Shown here: piece after piece, positions 7,801 to 12,411 of the stretch | Numbering within the stretch: position 1 is the first letter of the stretch | How the letters are laid out: every line of letters starts with the position of its first letter | The notes under the pieces: generated by a model | What the model saw: only the letters and a program-made list of their open reading frames with translations | The model's database searches: none | Told to the model about the DNA's origin: nothing | Made by a program: the position numbers and the translations under genes | Origin: Oligoflexales bacterium | GTDB lineage: Bacteria > Bdellovibrionota_B > Oligoflexia > Oligoflexales > Bog-1112 | Direction of reading: 5' to 3' | Assembly (NCBI GenBank): GCA_045106415.1 | Contig: JBGCEP010000048.1 | Coordinates: 1 to 12,411 of the forward strand | DNA: 12,411 nt

Positions 7801-8265
7801 CTAAGAAACTGTCATGAGATAGTTTGCGTAGCCCAGTTCTTCAATTTGGTGAAGTTGAGACTCTAGCCAATCGACATGTTCTTCTTCGCTACTTAAAATG
7901 TGCTCAAACATTTCACGTGTTCCATGATCACCAACACGAAGGCAAATTTCAACGCCGTCACGGAGGTCTGGAATTGCGATGTTTTCAAGTCCTAAGTCTG
8001 CTACAAGTTGTTCTTTAACATTCTCACCGATGTTGATCTTCCCAAGTCGTTGAACGTTTGGAACGCCCTCTAAGAAAAGAATGCGGTCAATCAGCTGGCT
8101 GGCGTGTTTCATCTCATCGATAGATTCAGCGTGAACTTTTGCTGCTATTCTCTCATAGCCCCAGTCTTTACACATACGGGCATGAAGGAAGTATTGGTTG
8201 ATGGCTGTAAGCTCGTTTGTTAGGATTTTATTGAGAATTTCAATAACCTCAGGGTTCCCTTTCAT
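7801..8265 (-). CDS. bfr: Bacterioferritin
   Basis: MKG...NELTAINQYFLHARM, SIDEMKHA (heme-ligand Met), RILFLEG and EEEHVDWLE ferroxidase motifs; 154 aa. RBS AAGGAG. Confidence 0.98.
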   Translation of the reverse strand: MKGNPEVIEILNKILTNELTAINQYFLHARMCKDWGYERIAAKVHAESIDEMKHASQLIDRILFLEGVPNVQRLGKINIGENVKEQLVADLGLENIAIPDLRDGVEICLRVGDHGTREMFEHILSSEEEHVDWLESQLHQIEELGYANYLMTVS

Positions 8266-8275
8266 AATATCTCCT

Positions 8276-9946
8276 TTAAAATGGGTGACGAATATAACGT
8301 ATTCCCTCTTTTTCAGGGCGCTTTGACCATGTGAACCATGATGTTAATGCAGGATGAAAAAGAGTAGATGGTAAGTGGGAGTCTTTTGTGGTTTTTTGGA
8401 TCAACTCTAAGTATGGCTCAGATTGAATCCAGTTTTCCCAGGATTGGCTCCAGGATATTTTTGGTAGGATCGATCCGTTTAAGATTGGGTAAATCCACTT
8501 TTGTTTTTTACGCCCAACCCAAAGAAACCCTGTTTCTTGAGTGAGGTTTGAAAATTTTTGTGGAGGAGTGATTTCACTGCATTCACTCAGAGTCCGAATT
8601 CTTATGTGGAGTGATGCTCTATATTTTGAACTAGTGAGGTATTGCCAGGAAAAGCGTTCTCGTTTGATTTTTTTGAGTGCTTCTGGTGTTTCGTGGCGTA
8701 GCCATGAAAAAAAGAGGTCTTGATGTTTTTTAGGAATCAAAAGTCCTTTGCGAGAAGAGGTTGGTATATCAAAAATCTGCATAAATTTTTGAATCCAAAG
8801 ATAGGTTTCTTTTGTGTCGTGCACGGGCCCTAAGACAAGAAGAGAGTGATGCGGAGCGTATCCAACGTGTACTTTCATGTTTTCTTCGTTTGGCTCGATT
8901 GTGATGGCGAGTGTGTGAACCCAACGCCCATGCCTTTGATGAGGAGTGTAACGAGTTTTTGAATGTTTATAGATCTCGCTTTCTTGTTGCAAAGCGTCCA
9001 CAATGGTTTCTTGAGGATTGGTCTTTAAGCTTGTGGAAGCAAGAACCTGCCTTGCAAGTTGTTTTGGAAGATCAAGATGGCGGCGTAGATTTTGAACTTC
9101 ACTTTTCATATTTTGAGCAGCAGAAAAATAAGTGATTTCTTTTTTGCTGTTCAAAAGTTGAAAACAACCAATTTCAGGTGGTACGTCTTGTATGGTGCTA
9201 TGATCTAGGCCCCATCCTAATCGAAGAGCAGATTCAAAATCACCTTGGAGACGGATTGTATCACGAATGGTTTTGAGGTGAGGTTGTTCTGCTGCCTTTT
9301 TAAGAAGAGCTCGGAAAAGCTCGAGGGTTGCCAAAGCGTCAGCTTCAGCACGATGATTTTCAGCTTGCAAGGGAAGCTTGAGCCATTTGCATAAACCGTT
9401 TAAAGATTTATCTGGGGCTTCAGGCAAAAGTTTTTCAGTCAGGAGGTGTGTACATAAAAAGAAATTACTGAGATGATGACTTGCTGCTGTTTGAGAAAAG
9501 TATGTTAAAAATTTTAGATCACCAACGGTATTGTGGCTGACGAGAATATCATTACCAATGAATTCAATAAATCCAGGCATAACATCTTCGATAGGTGGTT
9601 CACTTTGAACCATCTGGTTCGTAATACCTGTCATTTTTCTTACGATAGGAGGTATGGGAACTTTAGGGTTCACCATACTGTACCAGACTTCACCTGGTTG
9701 ATCGTTTTCATAACGAATAGCGCAGATCTCTGTAATCCCATTTCGTTCAGGATTTCCGCCAGTGGTTTCAATATCAAATGTAATATAACGACCCTTAGAA
9801 AGAGCTTGTTCTAAGAGCTCGCCGTCGTCGTTTGTCAACGTTTTGCATATACCTGGATCAGGTATAAAACGAGGTTTTTTGTTTTTTTTTGCACCATGTC
9901 TACGCGAATTATGAGACTTTGACGGTGATTTGTGAGTGTTTTTCAT
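8276..9946 (-). CDS. DEDDh 3'-5' exonuclease (Pol III epsilon/PolC-like) fused to a degenerate GIY-YIG/UvrC-N-like domain
   Basis: ExoI FDIETTG, ExoII VSHN..GD and ExoIII HRAEADA. These are followed by VPPEIGCFQLLNSKKEITYFSAAQNMKSEV and ALQQESEI...RY, which resemble the UvrC/Cho N-terminal fold. Confidence 0.85.
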   Translation of the reverse strand: MKNTHKSPSKSHNSRRHGAKKNKKPRFIPDPGICKTLTNDDGELLEQALSKGRYITFDIETTGGNPERNGITEICAIRYENDQPGEVWYSMVNPKVPIPPIVRKMTGITNQMVQSEPPIEDVMPGFIEFIGNDILVSHNTVGDLKFLTYFSQTAASHHLSNFFLCTHLLTEKLLPEAPDKSLNGLCKWLKLPLQAENHRAEADALATLELFRALLKKAAEQPHLKTIRDTIRLQGDFESALRLGWGLDHSTIQDVPPEIGCFQLLNSKKEITYFSAAQNMKSEVQNLRRHLDLPKQLARQVLASTSLKTNPQETIVDALQQESEIYKHSKTRYTPHQRHGRWVHTLAITIEPNEENMKVHVGYAPHHSLLVLGPVHDTKETYLWIQKFMQIFDIPTSSRKGLLIPKKHQDLFFSWLRHETPEALKKIKRERFSWQYLTSSKYRASLHIRIRTLSECSEITPPQKFSNLTQETGFLWVGRKKQKWIYPILNGSILPKISWSQSWENWIQSEPYLELIQKTTKDSHLPSTLFHPALTSWFTWSKRPEKEGIRYIRHPF

Positions 9947-10035
9947 GAGGCCTCACCTTTATTTACAGGCTGCACTATTATGTATTTGTCGTTTTTTTGC
10001 AAGGTTAGACAGAATGACGTACTTTTTTCTGGAAA

Positions 10036-10461
10036 TTATTCTTCATCCCAGAGCACTGTGTGGCATAAAAAACATGACGGCTGGTTGGTTTTAGAATTCC
10101 CTTCGAGGGCTTCACCATGACATGATTGACAATGCTGAGTCGGAGACAGATGGCTTGGGTGGTGAAGAAAACCGTTGTGATTTGACGTGTGACTTGCAGG
10201 GGCTGAGCTCTCATCTCCAGGGGTCCAGTTTTCACCGTGGCATTGATAGCATGAGGGAATTAAGCCTTCTCCTCCAGAAAGATGAGAACCATGACATGAG
10301 GTGCAATAGCGTTCTGCTTTAAATAATCCAGGGGCATGAAGAACTTCAGACACTGCAAATGTGTGACCATCTGGGGCGGGGCTATCGCTGGTTTCATCAG
10401 CACAGTAAGGTAAGATGAACATAGTTAAACCGAGAAGACTTAACTTTAAGACATATTTCAT
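10036..10461 (-). CDS. Tetraheme cytochrome c lipoprotein built from two ~51-aa diheme repeats
   Basis: Signal ending ILPYC. Four CxxCH motifs (CTSCH, CYQCH, CQSCH, CFLCH), with additional conserved His residues in each repeat. Confidence 0.88.
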   Translation of the reverse strand: MKYVLKLSLLGLTMFILPYCADETSDSPAPDGHTFAVSEVLHAPGLFKAERYCTSCHGSHLSGGEGLIPSCYQCHGENWTPGDESSAPASHTSNHNGFLHHPSHLSPTQHCQSCHGEALEGNSKTNQPSCFLCHTVLWDEE

Positions 10462-10472
10462 AGAGTTCTCAT

Positions 10473-11702
10473 ATGATAAAAAAAAGCCATTACTACCAGT
10501 ATAGCAGTCACTCCATTTTTTCTTTTTTCTTTTTCTCTTTCATTTTTTTGTGCCCGTTGAGCGCTTTTGCAACACCGTTGATAGCCTTAAAAGAAGCAAA
10601 TAATTGTGGTGGGTGTCATAAACCAGGGCGAAGTCAGAGACCTGTATTATGGAGACGTTGCACGCTTGACTGTCAAGGGTGCCATGTGGACCCTAATGGT
10701 GCTGGCCCAAGAAATGCATGGGGAGCTTATTATGCTCAAGATCAGATGGCAGCCTTAAAATTTTTTCAAGAAGAAGATCCTCTTAAAGATGAAAGTCGTC
10801 TTGATCTTCACCTTGACCAACGCACTATGATTCGTCAGTCGGGTGAAAAAACAAGAGGGTTTCCTATGAATACGGAAATGAGTTTAAGAATACGGCCCTT
10901 TGTGAAATGGCTTCATTTTACGGGGCAGCTTCTTTATTTAGGCCGCCCAGGAGATGGGATCGAAGCAAAACTACCTGAAGGAGTGCGTAGAAAAATTGAA
11001 AAATTTCATGTTCAAGTTGATGGACTTCCTATGAATATGCATATCAAAGCGGCTCGTGGAACTCCTTTATATGGAGTGCGTCGCCCAAATCATTCTCTTT
11101 GGATTCGAGAAAGAATTGGTTTAGATCAATTCTCTTTGCAGGATTTTATTTCTGTTGGAGGAACCCCAAATGTTCCTTTTATGCATATGTCACAGATGTA
11201 TGGAGATCCTTTCTCCGCAGAAGAAGATAAACAAAAAGGAATAAGCGCTCACGCAGGCCTAAGGGGAGTGACCTTGGGGTGGCATGTGAATGGGAGCCAT
11301 TGGCGAACTCAGTCACAAAAAGCATTTGTTGACATGAACGCAATTGGTGTCGGCGCTAATATTCTAGGTTTAGTGGTTTATGGGGAGAGAAATTGGCGGA
11401 AAGTCTCTGAAAAAGCGTTGAGTGTTTCTGATTTGATTGAACTTGACTCAATTGCTCTGCGTTTGCATCCTTCTTCACGTATTCAAGAGGTGACCGTTGC
11501 AGGGACATGGTTCCCAGGTGTGATGTTTGGAGTTGTGGGAGAGTGGTTAGAAGACGATGAGAGGTCGAGTCGAAGGGTGAGTCAATTTATTGATATTCAC
11601 CCTATTCCATTTTTCCAGTTGGAAATTTGGAGAAGGACAGAGTCCGGAAGTCGGACTCTTAGAGACACGCTCGCTGTTGCGCATGTCCTTTTTGACTTTT
11701 AG
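10473..11702 (+). CDS. Predicted diheme cytochrome c fused to an outer-membrane beta-barrel
   Basis: Signal peptide ending SAFA; CGGCH and CQGCH near the N-terminus; then amphipathic beta-strand-like segments and a C-terminal AVAHVLFDF resembling a BAM beta-signal. Confidence 0.7.
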   Translation: MIKKSHYYQYSSHSIFSFFFFSFIFLCPLSAFATPLIALKEANNCGGCHKPGRSQRPVLWRRCTLDCQGCHVDPNGAGPRNAWGAYYAQDQMAALKFFQEEDPLKDESRLDLHLDQRTMIRQSGEKTRGFPMNTEMSLRIRPFVKWLHFTGQLLYLGRPGDGIEAKLPEGVRRKIEKFHVQVDGLPMNMHIKAARGTPLYGVRRPNHSLWIRERIGLDQFSLQDFISVGGTPNVPFMHMSQMYGDPFSAEEDKQKGISAHAGLRGVTLGWHVNGSHWRTQSQKAFVDMNAIGVGANILGLVVYGERNWRKVSEKALSVSDLIELDSIALRLHPSSRIQEVTVAGTWFPGVMFGVVGEWLEDDERSSRRVSQFIDIHPIPFFQLEIWRRTESGSRTLRDTLAVAHVLFDF

Positions 11703-12019
11703 TTTTGTATTTTTGTTAGTGTTGCGTCAAGTTCACCTTTGCGGTGAAGTTCCATAATAATGTCGCAACCACCAATAAATTCACCTTTGACGTAAAGTTG
11801 TGGAATGGTGGGCCAGTTTGAAAAGCTTTTGATTCCTTCGCGTAGATCCCAGTCATCGAGAATATTGCTTGTTTGATAATCTTGGCCGTAGCTGTTGAGA
11901 ATTTGAATGACTTGAGCTGAAAACCCACACATAGGTTCTTCTCGTGTGCCCTTCATGTAGAGCATAATATTATTTTCAGCAATGTGGTTTTTGATTTCAG
12001 AATGAACGTCACGGTTCAT
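11699..12019 (-). CDS. grxD: Monothiol glutaredoxin (Grx4/GrxD)
   Basis: LYMKGT...PMCGFS, LREGIK.FSNWPTIPQLYVKGEFIGGCDI; RBS AAGGAG. The stop codon overlaps that of the convergent 10473-11702 gene. Confidence 0.97.
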   Translation of the reverse strand: MNRDVHSEIKNHIAENNIMLYMKGTREEPMCGFSAQVIQILNSYGQDYQTSNILDDWDLREGIKSFSNWPTIPQLYVKGEFIGGCDIIMELHRKGELDATLTKIQN

Positions 12020-12147
12020 GAGAACTCCTTGTTGAGAAGCAATAGGTTCTGTATATTGAGAGCTGGCCTAAGCTCAGCGAGTTGTTTTAAGTAATATAAA
12101 TTCATAGAGAGCTCAAGTTCAATGTTTTAAGTGAAGATTTTTTAAGA

Positions 12148-12287
12148 TCTCTTGTCTTTAAATTTTACCGCTGTGATGGACTTATTCAAGCCTATCCAAA
12201 GGAAAGTTCAAAGCCAACTTCTTGTTTCACTGAGGACAGTTTCACTTCTCCCACATGGGACAAGCCAGTACTTTCCTCTCCACAAGC
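12148..12287 (-). ncRNA. Predicted omega-RNA scaffold plus flank-derived guide of the second TnpB copy; boundaries approximate
   Basis: Reverse complement of the 125-244 scaffold with 5 substitutions, followed by a different flank (TAAAATTTAAAGACAAGAGA). Confidence 0.6.
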
Positions 12288-12411
12288 TTTGATAACCGTA
12301 CAGCTCACGGCCTGACGCTCTATATTGATGGCAGCATTGATATCACGGTCATGGTAGCTCTCGCAGTGTGAGCACGTCCAACTGCGTTGAGCGAGTTTGA
12401 TATCATTTTTT
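12168..12411 (-). mobile_element. Second, inverted copy of the IS607-like element right end (truncated by the window edge)
   Basis: Reverse complement of 1-244, differing only at left-copy positions 142, 143, 199, 207 and 222. Confidence 0.85.
12192..12410 (-). CDS. tnpB: TnpB C-terminal fragment, second copy (5' truncated)
   Basis: Same 72-codon frame as 2-220 (WTCSHC...HDRDINAAINI), with A>T and P>L changes in the tail. Stop at 12192-12194. Confidence 0.92.
   Translation of the reverse strand, partial: KNDIKLAQRSWTCSHCESYHDRDINAAINIERQAVSCTVIKACGEESTGLSHVGEVKLSSVKQEVGFELSFG

Noticed and set aside
7824..11928. Short alternative-frame ORFs over bfr, the exonuclease, the cytochrome and grxD
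   Set aside because: They overlap stronger genes and carry no motifs.
1..12411. CRISPR array, tRNA or rRNA genes
   Set aside because: I saw no regularly spaced repeats or recognisable structural RNA genes in the intergenic regions.

Overview
This is an AT-rich bacterial chromosomal segment, probably a whole assembly contig; gene content suggests a Gram-negative, possibly Bdellovibrionota/Oligoflexia-like host (inference only). Both ends are inverted copies of one 245-bp sequence (1-245 vs 12167-12411, 5 mismatches). That sequence encodes a TnpB C-terminus plus its predicted omega-RNA and right end (ending ...CAGCGG, most like IS607), and the ORF track missed it. Inside lie a heavily decayed IS5-family transposase, a transaldolase-family gene, an LRR lipoprotein, pdxS-pdxT, thrS, a secreted protein with a degenerate Hint-like N-terminus, bacterioferritin, a DEDDh exonuclease fused to a degenerate GIY-YIG-like domain, a tetraheme cytochrome c lipoprotein divergent from a predicted diheme-cytochrome/beta-barrel fusion, and a CGFS monothiol glutaredoxin. 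The most notable items are the candidate porin-cytochrome electron-transfer pair within an iron-handling neighbourhood, the two TnpB/omega-RNA copies with different guides and structure-affecting differences, and the Hint-like secreted protein with a palindromic upstream site.
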